A stretch of 64,000 nucleotides of DNA. It comes from Phoronis australis (taxonomy: Eukaryota; Animalia; Phoronida). Made by a program: the position numbers and the translations under genes. Below, piece by piece: positions 1 to 12,629 of this stretch. The first letter of the stretch is position 1. Every line of letters begins with the position of its first letter. The DNA is taken from contig NMRA01000037.1 of assembly GCA_002633005.1 (NCBI GenBank), forward strand, positions 372,001 through 436,000, written 5' to 3'. The notes beneath the pieces were generated by a model. The model had not been told where the DNA came from. It did not search any database and saw nothing but the letters and a program-made list of their open reading frames with translations.

Positions 1-720
1 ATAGATGTCGCTGCGCCTCTAAGTCGAGTACGGTTACAACGGACTATCTCTTGTTTGTCTCTGTACAGACCCTTCTGCGCTTTCTGTGTAAGTTTAGACC
101 ACGCATCACTGCTAACTTGTTTTTACGCCAGTGGACTGGACTGTAGATGTGAGATCAGGTGTGAACAGATAGCTGTAGTTGCAGCTAAGTTGGAAAAATG
201 CTACTAAACGAACTTGTTCTTTTTAACAGAATTCATGTTAAATATTTGTATCCCCGGCTATGTGACTTGTGAAAATATTAGAAAGTTTAGCCTCACAGTG
301 TAACACGAATCTCCGATATTTATCGGTCATATCCTGTATGTGATGAAGAGCAGTTTTCTCCACTGAACAACAGGCATCAAAATAAAGGGTATTAAATCCG
401 TGACGCTTGTAAGGAGACTATTAACTCATTACCTAAAGCACGTACTGCCTATGCTCTCCTACCAGTCGTATACGACTTCGTATACCACGATGACCGGAGT
501 GTGATAGTCGGTGGTTTACTGAGTGGATCGAACATTGAAGTAAAATCGGACGTGCTCTGTTTCAATCGACGAGTCGTATTTTATTTTTAGCTCCAAAAGT
601 CGATTCGGAGCTTGTCACGCTTCGAGTACGTCGAATACGAAAATATCTGAGTCGGTAATGTTGACAGGGCACTCCATAATATTTCCATGAACACTCAATG
701 TCATAATGCTCGTATTTGTA

Positions 721-724
721 TGCA

Positions 725-772
<48 letters not shown>
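721..772. repeat. Compound microsatellite (GCAC)n-(CA)n-(TA)n
   Basis: tgcacgcacgcacgcacgcacgcacacacac...acatatatat read directly; explains the overlapping CVCV/HTHT ORFs. Confidence 0.95.
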
Positions 773-773
<1 letters not shown>

Positions 774-1424
774 CCGGAATTTTACCTTCCGTTTTATTAT
801 TCTCAACTATTTAGCTCCGTCGTGGAACGTAGTAAAGAATCTTGCGAACGTTATAGTCTCGCGTAATACGCTTAGGCGTACCGCATGTACGTATTTTTAC
901 TTTGTAACTTAATTTTAAACACTTACCTACCTGGTAATCCTTTTTTGTCGAAAACTGTTCGCATTGTCACTTGTTTTATTGGGAAGGTTAATTAAATGAT
1001 TTATGTTATTCAAACATTTCTTTAAATTCTTTTCTTTTCTAACATTTTACGTTATTCATGACTGCTTGACTTGTAACGTTATAGTTTTGTTCATTCTTAA
1101 TTAACCCGGCAGTGATGAACTAAGTAAGCTACAGCTTAGATCCCCGCGTAAAATAGGGGCTCCTTTTCGATCTTTGTTGGGAGGCACAGAACGATTTGGG
1201 GCGATAATCGTGACCACCGGGGTCAGCCCGAAAAGAGCCACGACTACGAGGGGAAAAACTGTGGGTAAACTTGACCGGACGAGGAGAGTGGTGACCGGGA
1301 GGGGGCAGCTTGAAAACAACGGGTTACCGGGAAGGGGCAATATTGTGGCGACCGGGTCACCCACTTTTATAGATTGGGGCTCCCTAGTAACCTTAATAAG
1401 GCAAATTTGCAAGTTAGTCACCTG

Positions 1425-1574
1425 GGCCCAGTTGCATAAAAGTTATACGCCGTATAGCAACAATGACGTCGCATTATCGGGCGTCACGTTGTTATTGTTG
1501 AACAACGCATCTGACGTCATGCAACAATCAAACTTATCCAGCGGATAAATTTTGAAGCTTTATGCAACTCAGCC
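1425..1574. mobile_element. 150-bp MITE, PIF/Harbinger-like
   Basis: Imperfect TIRs ggcccagttgcataaaag / ctttatgcaactcagcc; flanked by CTG at 1422-1424 and 1575-1577 (3-bp TSD). Confidence 0.75.
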
Positions 1575-2155
1575 CTGTTCTTTCCACTAGTAAGTTACAT
1601 AAAACTTCACAAGTATGCCTAACACAGGAAATGCGCTGTCAAACATGTTACGTGAATAGGTTTCGCAACGGTAAGCGGCCTATGCGCCTATAGGCGTAAC
1701 ACTGTACTTTAGTAAGCACTTTTTTTGAAAAGCGCATTATTTCTGATATAGGCGCATGGGTCTACGTATGTGTACATACGGCAAAGAGCCAAAATGCACC
1801 AATTTATGCTTTTTCAAAAACTGGTGAGCGCTTATAGGAACTATGATGAAATTATGGGATCCCTTACAAAGAGTCCCGAAATCTCCCTCATCAAATTAGG
1901 GACAATAAAGCACAAAAAATATTAATTTCTCTAAAGCGCTTGGTCTACCCAATTGTTCTTCGCATAAACGCATTTTAGGCATTTGAAATGAAACACTGAA
2001 GGTCTAAATGAAAAGAAAAATATAATTTTAATGAAAAATACTTGATGGTGAACGCTATTTCGTCAGTGGAATAATGAATTGGGGACACTGCATAGAAACA
2101 ATAAATTCAAATTGAACTCAACTAAATACTATAATTCTAATTGTGTTATTTGCAG

Positions 2156-2389
2156 TTACGCGAAGACGAACGCTTGACCCGCATTCAAGCCCGTGAGGAG
2201 GAGTGTCGGAAGTTGAACGACAGTGTACAGACTTTGTTAGAACAGGATGCCAGACGATCGGGGAAGGCTGGAACTGAACATATCGCGCGCATGTCCAAAC
2301 AGGACGCTATGAAAACTATCAAAAATGTCGCCAAAGGATTTGACAGTATGAGCACTAACATTGTTGGAAATTTCAAGGAAACGAAGTGA
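2156..2389 (+). CDS. Terminal coding exon of an unidentified gene (charged, helical/coiled-coil-like C-terminus); upstream exons not located
   Basis: Acceptor ttgtgttatttgcag| at 2155, phase 0; open frame LREDERLTRIQAREEECRKLNDSVQTLLEQD...NFKETK-TGA with protein-like composition. Confidence 0.7.
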   Translation, partial: LREDERLTRIQAREEECRKLNDSVQTLLEQDARRSGKAGTEHIARMSKQDAMKTIKNVAKGFDSMSTNIVGNFKETK

Positions 2390-4172
2390 CAACAGTTAAG
2401 ATTCTTGAAACATTCCGCTATGGTTATTTGCTAATTTTGTTTATAGGACTGTGATGTGAAACGTTCGGATTTTCAGTATTTTTTCTGTATACCGTCTTAA
2501 AGACTAGGATAAACTAGGTGCTGTATACATTGTGGGGTGGTAAGTAGGTAGACTTGCTTTCAAAGATGGCGAGTACGGAGCTTTAGTACACTTACTTAGC
2601 TGTCGAGACGTGCACCGCGGGAGCAGGACTTTGCAACGTTTACTCCAATCCTTACAATACATGCTACCGCTATTTTTCCAAATATCCACTCCCTACTACT
2701 CAAAATTTTAAGTCACGACAAGTGTCGCTCTTTCAGGAAATGGTAGGGCCTGTTTTGCACAGAGTTCCATTTCCACGCAGACGTTTGGCTTCGCGTAACA
2801 AAAAAACGCTATTTGTACTTCCTTTTCGTTGTTGTACTTTTTCGATGATAAAGAACCGCTGCTTGTGCTTTTTCCACGATAAACTTTCAAAGATATCCCC
2901 GTTGTTTATTGCGTTCTCGAGTGACAAAACAATCGGCTTCTCTTCCGGGCATGACTAACGTTTCAAACTGATAAGTACGGGTGACCAGGTTGTTTGAAAA
3001 ATGCAACTGTTTAAACCGCCACAAACCTGTCATAGTGAAGCACGACACTGAGAGTTAACGATGCAAAATAATGGAAACAGAAATGTCGTTTTCAGGAAAA
3101 GGCGTGACGATACTGTAGCTTTGTTGTGACATTTCACTAAGTTTGACTGACGTGGTAGCTGCTCTGGTCACGTGCCACAGCTGCGGCTTACAGCATGAGG
3201 TTGTAAGCTGGTCGGGTGATGGATGATTTCGACCCAAATCAAGCTGTCTACAATTATTGCTGGTGTGTGTCTGCGTTCGTTTTGAAGTGCTCATGAAAAC
3301 TGATAAATATTATAGTGATTTTACTCGTATTTTCTGCACTTTCCACAAATCAACTACAATGCAACAATTACACTGAGTTGATCAGTCGACGAGAATCATT
3401 TCAATCTCACCAGAGCTTACCTGTAATTAATATTGTTAATTACTTGCTCCTATTTTAGACTGCTAGTTTTTAGCGACCACTCTCGTTCGACAACGTCCCT
3501 CGTGGATTTAAAAATTTAAAGAACAGTCGTTAATTATTTCCACCTTAAGTGCAAAACACACAACGGACAAGTGTATCGAATTTCTTATGCATAATAAATA
3601 AACTTTGAAGTCAACAGAAAATCAACTAATAATAACATTGAGATTGTATATTAATCGGTGTTGCCTTTTGGCATGTGACAATAAGTTAAAAGATGTCGCT
3701 TGTAACAAAAAGAGCGACTGGGGAAAATATGTGGATAGCCTATACAACAGAAAACGTTAAAACGGCTATGAACTCGCGTTCCGTCGAAAAAACTTTTGCT
3801 TTAGATCACTTACGTACCACTGTGCAATTGGCCTCGACTTGTTCCTTTAACTTTTGAACTTGCGAAGGCCCGACAGTTCGTTATCGCTCGAAACCCTGCT
3901 CGGCGAATAAAATGTCACCCCGTGACAAGTCTACTTGTAAACCCTAGTCTCTATTAATAACGAAAGGTTAATCCTGTCTGATCCCAGAAATAGCATTTAA
4001 TTTGACAAAGTTGAGTTTTGTGACGGAACGGCTGGTTTAGAGCGCTTCAACTAAATAAATTATTGAGTACTCAAGCATTATTGTTACAAATATACACTTT
4101 ACCACACCATCAAGGTGGATAAATGGATTCGCATAATTATATCATGAGATTGCGTTTGCTATGAAACCGTAG

Positions 4173-4614
4173 CTAGGCATCCGGTTCTCGCTTAATCATT
4201 TGACGTGCGCTGGATTTTAAAGAAAGGTCCTCAGGCAGATCATCCGGGTTATCGCAGCCCTGGCCAGCAGGTGCTGCAGCTGACGTCACGCTAGTCCTTG
4301 TACTTGACAATACTTCGTAATGACTGGCCTTCCCAGTCGAGAGCAAAGACACAAATGATGTCCGAGAAATGTCCTGATTTGGGCTGTTATTCCTTGACCG
4401 TGCGCTCAGCTCGTATGACGTCATGTCCTGATCCAAATGTGCGTTTGGGTTATCGTTGTCGAAAGACAATTTTTCGTCAAGGCGGCGATGACATGACGTA
4501 ATAACTGGTGATGCGCGCTCAACAGAGTCCTCCTGAGTAGACATCAAAGATTTGTCGGATCGATAGCGATACGTAGCGCGTTCGACTTTGATTTCATCTG
4601 GTGGGTGCATAAAC
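4173..4614 (-). CDS. ETV6: ETV6/7 (TEL)-like coding exon 10 (end of ETS domain, C-terminal tail, stop)
   Basis: Acceptor tttcag|G TTT ATG; AG|G joins the ETS exon to give LTYR-FMHPPDEI (ETV6: RFMKTPDEI); stop TAG at 4175-4173. Confidence 0.9.
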
Positions 4615-4893
4615 CTGAAAAACAATTGTGACCTATTGTTCAGCACTTCGTAATCCCATTGCGTTTCCGAATTAAAATGTACGACTTCTGATTCTGCATT
4701 AACACAAGGAGACTAAGTTTCATGATCTAAAAATGAATCAAAACACCGAAGTCCACCACACACGGTATTCCAAAAGTAATGACAGTCTACTGCAAATACT
4801 TAAACACATTCACTAAGTATCCGAAACACAGGGAGAGGGAGTGAGAGGGAGGGTTGGAGAGAGAGACAGAGGGAGCAAGAGAGTGGGAGAGAA

Positions 4894-5038
4894 CAGTGGG
4901 CCAAGGGGACAATGGCCCCCCTAAAACTCTCCCAGATTCCATTTGGCAGTTCGGAGGTGCAAATGTCTGACTGGTAAATTCCCCCGGCTAATACACTGCC
5001 CTGCTCCCCCTCAACTAAAAATCCTGGATCCGCCCCTG
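4894..5038 (-). mobile_element. MITE family B copy (cag(g/t)ggcggat...atccgcc(a/c)ctg termini)
   Basis: Internal sequence shared with 25081-25249, 52129-52291 and 56012-56164 (ggcagagtattagcc...gaactgccaaatggaatctgggag). Confidence 0.75.
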
Positions 5039-5152
5039 GAGAGCTCCCTCTCCAGGAGGGAGAGGGATTGAGGGGGAGGGAGATGGCGCGTTTCAGAAGC
5101 GCGGAAGAGATCGAGGCACAACCCAGTTCACAGGAGATAATACTGTACTAAC

Positions 5153-5402
5153 CTGTACGTTAATCTCTTGCCTGGCACTTTTTCAATGATATTCATGCGA
5201 TAGTAGTATCGCAGTGCCCTGGATAACTTTTCATACGTCATGTTACTCCTATTTTTCTGCATACCCCATAAGTAGGCTAAAAATGCCGGATTTGTTATCC
5301 TGAAGATGAGCTTCGACTCGTCTTCCCATTTAATACACGAGTCGTACGCACGTTTCGGGTCCGTCAAAAGTCGACCAATGAATTCCCACAGCAAACGACA
5401 TT
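5153..5402 (-). CDS. ETV6: ETV6/7-like coding exon 9: ETS DNA-binding domain
   Basis: ECRLLWEFIGRLL...IKWEDESKLIFRITNPAFLAYLWGMQKNRSNMTYEKLSRALRYYYRMNIIEKVPGKRLTYR matches the TEL-subfamily ETS domain (CRLLW, KNR.NMTYEK.SRALR, PG.RL); gtttgcag| acceptor, AG|gttagt donor. Confidence 0.97.
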
Positions 5403-5852
5403 CTGCAAACACCAACGATTATATTACAACGAGAAATGCACGTTCAAAACGCATTTCGTCTGCATGTAACTGAAAACATTGTTCCTTATCTGTTCAATAT
5501 AGATTACTAAAAATAACTTAGATACTAAAACTCTTGATGGCAGATTTTCCACCCGTTTTGAAATAACCTTGGTCACGCGTGGGCCCATCACATTTCAGGA
5601 CAGGTCACAACCTAACACGTCATCAAACGGTAGACGCAAGCGATTCTGTGGAAGTTAGCCTAAAAACGTGGTTGCTACTTCATTATTCAAATAATCATCC
5701 TTCAGAACCAGCATTTCAATATCCTCAACTGAGAATATAGACTCCATAGATCTAATATTTATTAACTAGTCACCAAAAGTAGTTACACCAATGAGTGTCA
5801 TGTGTGGGTTTTGTCGTGTCAGCCTTGCTAAAAACAAACGTTAAATAATCAC

Positions 5853-5936
5853 CTTTGTTGTTTTTTAACTTGAGCGTCTTGGGGTAAGCAGAATCTCCAG
5901 GATGTTTTATGCCGTTGAAATGGTTCACATTGGAAG
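5853..5936 (-). CDS. ETV6: ETV6/7-like coding exon 8 (84 nt)
   Basis: cttgcag|...AAAG|gtgatt; phase 1-1; SNVNHFNGIKHPGDSAYPKTLKLKNNK; G|AA continues in frame into ECRLLW. Confidence 0.8.
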
Positions 5937-6042
5937 CTGCAAGATGTTCAAATACAATTTCATTCTTAGCATCAGAAACTCAAATTTAGCCGCCACTAGA
6001 AAAAATCAAGTGTAGACAAAAACGACCCCTGGTGCTATAAAA

Positions 6043-6245
6043 AATAATTACTGGCTGTCAAGTACATGCTGTACCGGACGTGCGCAGGTTGCTCAGGTGA
6101 GCCCACCTGCTTTATTAATATGTAATTAAAACCGAGTTGAGTAGTTAGAGACCTGACTCAAATGCCTAGCAATGCGACCCACTGGGACTCGAACCCACGA
6201 CCTCCTGTAAAGGAAGCGGACACTTATCCCACTAGGCCACACTGT
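6043..6245 (-). mobile_element. tRNA-derived SINE, copy 1
   Basis: Minus-strand A box TGGCCTAGTGG (6239-6229) and B box GGTTCGAGTCC (6195-6185), then a non-tRNA body; diverged second copy at 12401-12629. Confidence 0.8.
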
Positions 6246-7014
6246 TTCCTCTTAGTGCTGCGAATATAATAGCTAGAATTAATGTAAACTAGACGCAAAA
6301 AGTTCCATTGAAATCGCCTTTTCAGAACTTGATTCAACACCCTCTTCAGAGTAACGAATTTAGTTTTTATCATATTTAAAGGTCACCAATGCGTTCAATC
6401 TCCTTATTTTCTGCCATTTTACGTTTTCTACATGATTTTACTAAGTCGGGAAACATAACTTCATACATCACAAATATCAAAACTCGAAACCTACGGGTTA
6501 TTGGCGAACTTGTGAAACCTGAACAATCACTGTTTTGTTTCTACCATTACGAAAGCACCACTTGTTGTTGACCCTGTGCACGCGCAACACCCGAGTCACA
6601 CCCGGGGTGAGGTCACGATGACTAAGGTAATGCTTGTGGTTAAAATCTAATACATGATAATTTCTAATCAATCGTTGTTCGAGCAGCATTTTGAGACGCA
6701 CAGTTCTAGAGCTTGTGCTGAAATCTTAAAATGGTAACCTAATAGAGGTTTTTGCAAGAAATTGAGCCATCATAGCCTGTTTATTGCATCGGCCGATGAA
6801 TTTGAAGTGGTTGCTAAAATTGAATCTAAACATTTGTTGTTTTTATATTTATTTCACTAAAAGTGAACTTACCCAAAACTAAAATACTAGAACGTACGAC
6901 ATCAAAAATAACTACACATAGCTCTTTCAAAATACATTATTAGGGGCCAAATTAAAGAAAAATGAGCGTCTCACTGCGCCATTACGGTTCACTAAAATCA
7001 CGAAGTGTGGTCAC

Positions 7015-7110
7015 CTTGGTCGCTGTCGCATGGTTGAGAAATGCGATCATCCTCGATCTCTGATGACAGCTCCATGGATTTGTGCCCAGGTTGGTTAGTC
7101 ACAGAAATGT
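7015..7110 (-). CDS. ETV6: ETV6/7-like coding exon 7 (96 nt)
   Basis: ttattgcag|...CAAG|gtgacc; phase 1-1; ISVTNQPGHKSMELSSEIEDDRISQPCDSDQ, no stops. Confidence 0.75.
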
Positions 7111-8269
7111 CTGCAATAACAAGACGTTGAATAATGCTAAGACAAAAGAACTAATCCCACGCGATTGAGGACACAGTGTTAAAAGGCCTGTCAGGCCTCA
7201 AGCAAGATTTATAAATGCCAGTGTCACATACACACTCCAAAAAACTTCCTGGTTGAAAGATCTTAAAATGTTTATTGTACTGGAAGCATAACACTGGAGG
7301 TTGAACTCAGAAACAATTGCCCGAAAAGTTAAAACACAAGGTCACTGTAAAAATTGCGCATATCTTATCTGAATTTCAAGCTAATAAATAATGGGCTCCC
7401 TGGCTGAACCTTCCGGGTACGTTTTACTACCAGGACTTGTACAAAAAAATAAATTTCGAAGTTAGCAATCCAGGACTTGCGACACAGAGGCAACAGTTAC
7501 GCCACATTCGAGTACAGTCCAGGAGTATGAAACTCAGTATCGGATTTACGATTTGGGGAGGGCTATTTTTTGACAGGGGACCGAACCTTCACTACGCGTG
7601 AATGGAAACAGAAAGTTGACATACTTTGCTTGGCAAATTTCCAAAATCGTACGTGTTAGCTTGTCTTCAATGATTTACTCAACTCCAAAGGTACGGGAGT
7701 GTAGAAAAGGTGTGTATTGAAACAGGGTATTTGTAGATGGTATTATGTCGTTGAGACGGAAAAATTCAAACATTTAAAGGCGACAATGGAACAATCTAAC
7801 GGTGACGGTAGCAAACTCAACAGTACACATACGTCCATGGGGCACACAATTACTCGGATGCCCCTTATCTTTTCATAAGTTGAAAACAAGCGTTTATTCC
7901 AAACCTTACCCAAATGGATACACAAAACGGGCTTCAATGTTATTGTGCTTGAACAATAAGATAGTTGACCTTTGACCTTGGAAATCGTGCATTTCATTTC
8001 CTGTTGACTAAAATGTCGTTCCTCAAGTTTTCGGTGGGACCCTATGGGCATGATTATCTCAACCAAATCTGAAGTCTACGAAGGCTTAATTTTGTTATTC
8101 TTTATTACTGCGAAAACTAGAATATTCTAAATTATCATTCATCAAAATGGTTTCAAATCTCACACCTTCTTCAACTTTCAAAGTGTTCTGTCGCCGATAG
8201 ATTAAAAATGGACAAAACATTTTCTCAATGGCAGTAAAATTCAAGCTTAATGGACATCTTAAATATTAC

Positions 8270-8353
8270 CTGGGGAACTAGGTGTGCGCCTGACGTCTGT
8301 GGAGCTCGGCGTGTCGGATTCAGAAGCACTTCGAGGAGGACTTGGGAATGTGT
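8270..8353 (-). CDS. ETV6: ETV6/7-like coding exon 6 (84 nt, S/P-rich)
   Basis: ttgttttacag|...CCAG|gtaata; phase 1-1; TFPSPPRSASESDTPSSTDVRRTPSSP. Confidence 0.85.
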
Positions 8354-8598
8354 CTGTAAAACAAATTACACCCCTTGTTGGTGCAAGTATGCTAACCGGT
8401 GTGTAAGGAAAAAATGTTTTCTAATTTCTAACTGGAGATTTTTTTAGTCGATGAACTGACGTGTTACACGAAGCCCTGTAAAACCGTGTGAAAGAAGATA
8501 TTTATCTAGCATAATTCCAATGTTTATTTATATCAGTTTCATCAAGAACAAAGTTGAATAACTGAGAACTTTACTAATTATAAGCAAGTCGATTTTAC

Positions 8599-8748
8599 CT
8601 TGTGTTTTAGGCGACACCGACATTCTGTGTATATCGCTATCGCTCACTGTCGGTGACGTTCTGGCTGGGATTGGTAGAAATCTCAGCGCTGTCGGTGACT
8701 GTAGAGTTGAATTGTCAGTTCTTAGATACACTTGGCTAAAGCTTGAAT
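8599..8748 (-). CDS. ETV6: ETV6/7-like coding exon 5 (150 nt)
   Basis: ttctttacag|...CAAG|gtaaaa; phase 1-1; SSFSQVYLRTDNSTLQSPTALRFLPIPARTSPTVSDSDIHRMSVSPKTQ (inside ORF 8528-8770). Confidence 0.85.
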
Positions 8749-11540
8749 CTGTAAAGAAGTTTCGCAACATGAAACCGGAAGTTCGATTTCAAATTGATGA
8801 TGCGAGTGAGTGAAATACTAGTCCCTATGAGCGCAGGGATAAGTTTTCACAGGGAGGGTGAGGCTGCCTTGATTTGTCCAGAGAGCTTTTCTCGAAGAGT
8901 CTATTGTCTTTTGACTTTTGGCTAAGAATCAGTCTACGGATGGCCTAGCCTGTTCCGCGAAATCAGACTATTGCTGAAAGTCAGAAAATGTCTACCACTC
9001 GAAGCCAATTAAGACGGGAATTCGTAACAGACTAAAAGCACAGAACAAAAGACAACAAAATCAACTTTTGGCTATACACTGTTCGAGAAACAGGTACCGT
9101 GGTTCGTCGATAAAAAATAATATGAGTAAAAGTAAGGATGGTCAGGCTAAGGAAAATCACTGAGTAAATTCATTTGGTATTCGTTTGGGAATGTTCTGTT
9201 ATGCTGGACCTTATTGACGTCGTACCATAGGAAGTTGGCGGCCATTGAAGTGATTGGTCGGTGAAGTTAATTGTAGTGTTAAATTATGGGATAGAATCCA
9301 AGCAAAGATTTCTCGCCGCACGTGACTTCGCTAGTCTCCTGTGTCTGCGGAACGTATATAAGATCTAAACTTGTGAAAATAGATTTTGCCAGCTTAAAAA
9401 AAGACAGTTTCTAACTGCTTTAGACCATCGGCGCACAACATGGCCCGCCGTGACAGCTTGTTGAGCTTGGAGTGAGACATTCGCAAAACAACTGCGGCGA
9501 GGAATCTAGTTGAAATGATCGAAAATAACGTTTTACTTACGGTACTCCTACAATTCAACATTTCGGCTTTGCCGACCAATCATTTCAGCAGCTAGTCATT
9601 TTGAGAGTAAGCCCCGAGCTTACTCTAGAAACGCTGGCCTTTTACTTGCGTGATTTTGCGTTGTCTTTTTCGCTAGAAACTTGCTCCACAGAACGCAGCC
9701 CTTGTCAAGCAAAAACGGACTATCTTTCCTTGTCCAGAAATCACCTCTAATATGACTAAAGAACAACTTTTCACCAAACGATAAGTTTTCTAAATCAAAA
9801 GTTAATTTTCATGACGGTAACCAGTTTGAAGAGCACCATTTGATGGAATTAATGAGAAAACGTTAAACCACCTGCGGCTTGCCTCTTGTTTTTAGTACAG
9901 AGTGTGACGCGGAAGTAAGTCTGAATTTAATCGATAGACAGCACAAGGAAGTTATTTAAGTTATTTTGCCACACTGATATCTAAACTAGTTTGATTGGAA
10001 GATAAGAGTAGAATGTGAAAGGTTGGATGGTTTTCAAAACTGAAAAACGTCTGCTCAGATAAAAATGACATTTAAGGCGGTTCGGCGAAGTATGTCAAAA
10101 AGCCACAAGGCAGTAGTTCTTTTACGACATTGATTAATTCAGAAAACAATTGATTATTGTTTATTCTCTACTCTTCCAGAGCATACAATGGTAGTACAAC
10201 CTTTGTCGGCGCACATCGAATAAACCCGATTCATTATTTTTCAAGTGCTAAAATGCCCCCGTGGTTAATTGAATGGGAGAAAATCCCAAGATCTGCAAAT
10301 TTTTTTAACAACGTGATGTGTCTGTATTTCTATTCCTATAGTGGCAGACACGTCATCACTAAACATCCGTATATAGCTTTGAATGACAGCGAGAGACCTC
10401 ATGTTTCACAATGACGTCATACAAGGCACGAGCGCAAACAGGTGGACGTTATGTGTGTCATAATTCGCGGAAAAACGGTAAAATGGGTTTTAGAAAAATC
10501 AAATAAAACTTATTTCATTGTAACAATAATAGAACATCGTCATCTAATGAAGGCTGCGGGACAGTCATGATTTAGAACTACTGGCGCGCTTTTGAGGGCA
10601 AATTGCGTATTCTTCTATGATACCACTTGAGCTAAAATAGCTCAAGAACTCGGTGACTGCTTATTTTTTCTTTCATACCAATTACAAGGGCATCGAAATA
10701 ACGGTGCAATTTTCGTGTAAAATGCTAAACGCTAGAATTCGAGGTATTCACAATACGCCGACGAGAGAAAAAACAGAAAACATAATTAGCCTGTTAAAAC
10801 ATAAAAGTGACATCTTGCAACGAAATCAGCAATTTAATTATAAATGACTTTTCAGTAACTCTTGTAAATTTCACATCTTTGCCAGAGGTGAATCTTTAAA
10901 AGCGGCTGTAACTAATTTGGTGGCCTCCACTTTGTTTTGCAGAGTTCTAGTAGGCAAAAAGCAAAATACAAAAAATCAACGACAGTTGAAAATTGTGTTC
11001 CGTTATAAGGCAGATGGCTAATTAACAGTGTCCTTAGAATGTTAGAGTTATGGCAGTTTCGAATGTTTTTTAATACGAGAGAGCCTTTTGCATTTATCAG
11101 TTGTTTGATTGATTGATTTCTCCCACGCAAACTCGTCATTAGCCAAAAATGTTTGCTGTGTGTTCTGAAGTTATAGATGTATGACTTGAAGTTAAAACAT
11201 CCACTGATTCGCGGTCTGTGGTGGCGAAGAACATTTCCGAAACAATGACATGATTTTGTTTGCTTTTCTTTTGAATACTCTACAGACAGTGAGCCTTTTT
11301 GGTCCTGGAATTCGGTCGGTGTCAGTGAATTATGAAAACACAAGTCGCCTTCAATTTAAGTCAAAAAGGCGTTTCGTCCAGCTCTCGAAAATCAATTTTA
11401 TGTAATAAGGTGCGAGTAAAAGTGTCTCTCCATCTCTCGACACCCCCCCCCCCCCCGNNAGCGCCCTTCAGAACTCACTCCCTCGCTACCCCACCTCCCT
11501 TCCTCCTTCCCCTCTCTTTGTGTGTTTCTCTTTGACTAAC

Positions 11541-11624
11541 CTGTATGGTGACGTATCGATGGCGCGTACGTCATAGCTCGCTGGTAAAGAGACGTCGGCA
11601 GTGTGGGGAAGGGCTGAGGTCTGC
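11541..11624 (-). CDS. ETV6: ETV6/7-like coding exon 4 (84 nt)
   Basis: tatttcag|...ACAG|gttagt; phase 1-1; RPQPFPTLPTSLYQRAMTYAPSIRHHT. Confidence 0.8.
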
Positions 11625-12400
11625 CTGAAATACGAAGAATACATCTCGTGTTTCAAAAGCAGATTTTAGTAATTTTGAATCAACTGACTTTTCTGTCAAA
11701 ACGTATATGGTCATCTCTACCAAGCAGAACTGTTTGTTAGTTAGAGATTTGGTCTTTGAAACTGTCTGAACTATTGTTCAACACGAATTGTCAGGGGCAG
11801 CAAACGGCATTACTGCCGCCCTCCAGTAGGCGTTAGAAGGAAAAATGAAAAACTCCTGCGTTATCGATAAAACAAACACAAATGCCACAGTTTTGGTGTC
11901 ACTGAACTTGTTGTTTTATAGCTCTAGTCCGAGCTAATAAGTTCAAGAGGTCTATACCATTGAACACTTTAATTTCTTGAAACATATTTTTCTCTCTGAG
12001 TAACTTCCTCCCTCTGCATTGTTTCTAGCTTTGTGCAAATTATAGTTTAACCGCTATCGCATAAACCTTTATATTGCCCAATACAGTTTTGTCAACTGAA
12101 ACTTGGGTAACAAGTAAATTTCCTGGTCATAAAACATAACCGATCCACCCATAACTGATAAATACTTGCCAATCCTATGAAATAAATCAGACATTTTATC
12201 GCTTGTACACGCGTTTTCCTGGTTCACAGAGACGAAAGACGGAAATAATTCCCAGGATTTGATTGGTTACAAAGAACTAGCGGAAAAGTCGCTTGTCTAT
12301 AAGGTGACTGACACTTCGAGTCCGGGTCGCTCTGATACTGATATCAACTTATACTTTGCTAACAAATATGTAACATACTAAGTAAACAATGCATAAAACC

Positions 12401-12629
12401 AATAATTGCTGTCTGTCTGGTACACGTTGCACCAGACGTGCGCAGGCCGGCGCTCATTTGGACCCACTGCAGTGATCACGTGGAGCCAGTCTTATGCTTA
12501 GTAATACAGTCAAAACTGAGCTAAGCAGCTCAAGACCTAGCTGGCACAAGTGTCTAGAAGTTTGGCCCTGTCGGGCTCCCGCCCACGACTTTAAGTGAAG
12601 GAAGGGGACACTTATCCGACTAGGCCACT
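12401..12629 (-). mobile_element. tRNA-derived SINE, degenerate copy 2
   Basis: Colinear with 6043-6245 (gacgtgcgcagg, aaaac.gag, ggacacttatcc.actaggccac); B box decayed. Confidence 0.75.

Noticed and set aside
562-912. Cys/Val- and His/Thr-repeat ORFs
   Set aside because: They are translations of the microsatellite at 721-772.
1101-1548. 106-aa and 124-aa ORFs
   Set aside because: G-rich repetitive sequence (g.gaccgg motifs) plus a MITE; no domain and no exon evidence.
6170-6248. tRNA gene
   Set aside because: Has A and B boxes but continues into a shared non-tRNA body with a second diverged copy, so it is a SINE head.
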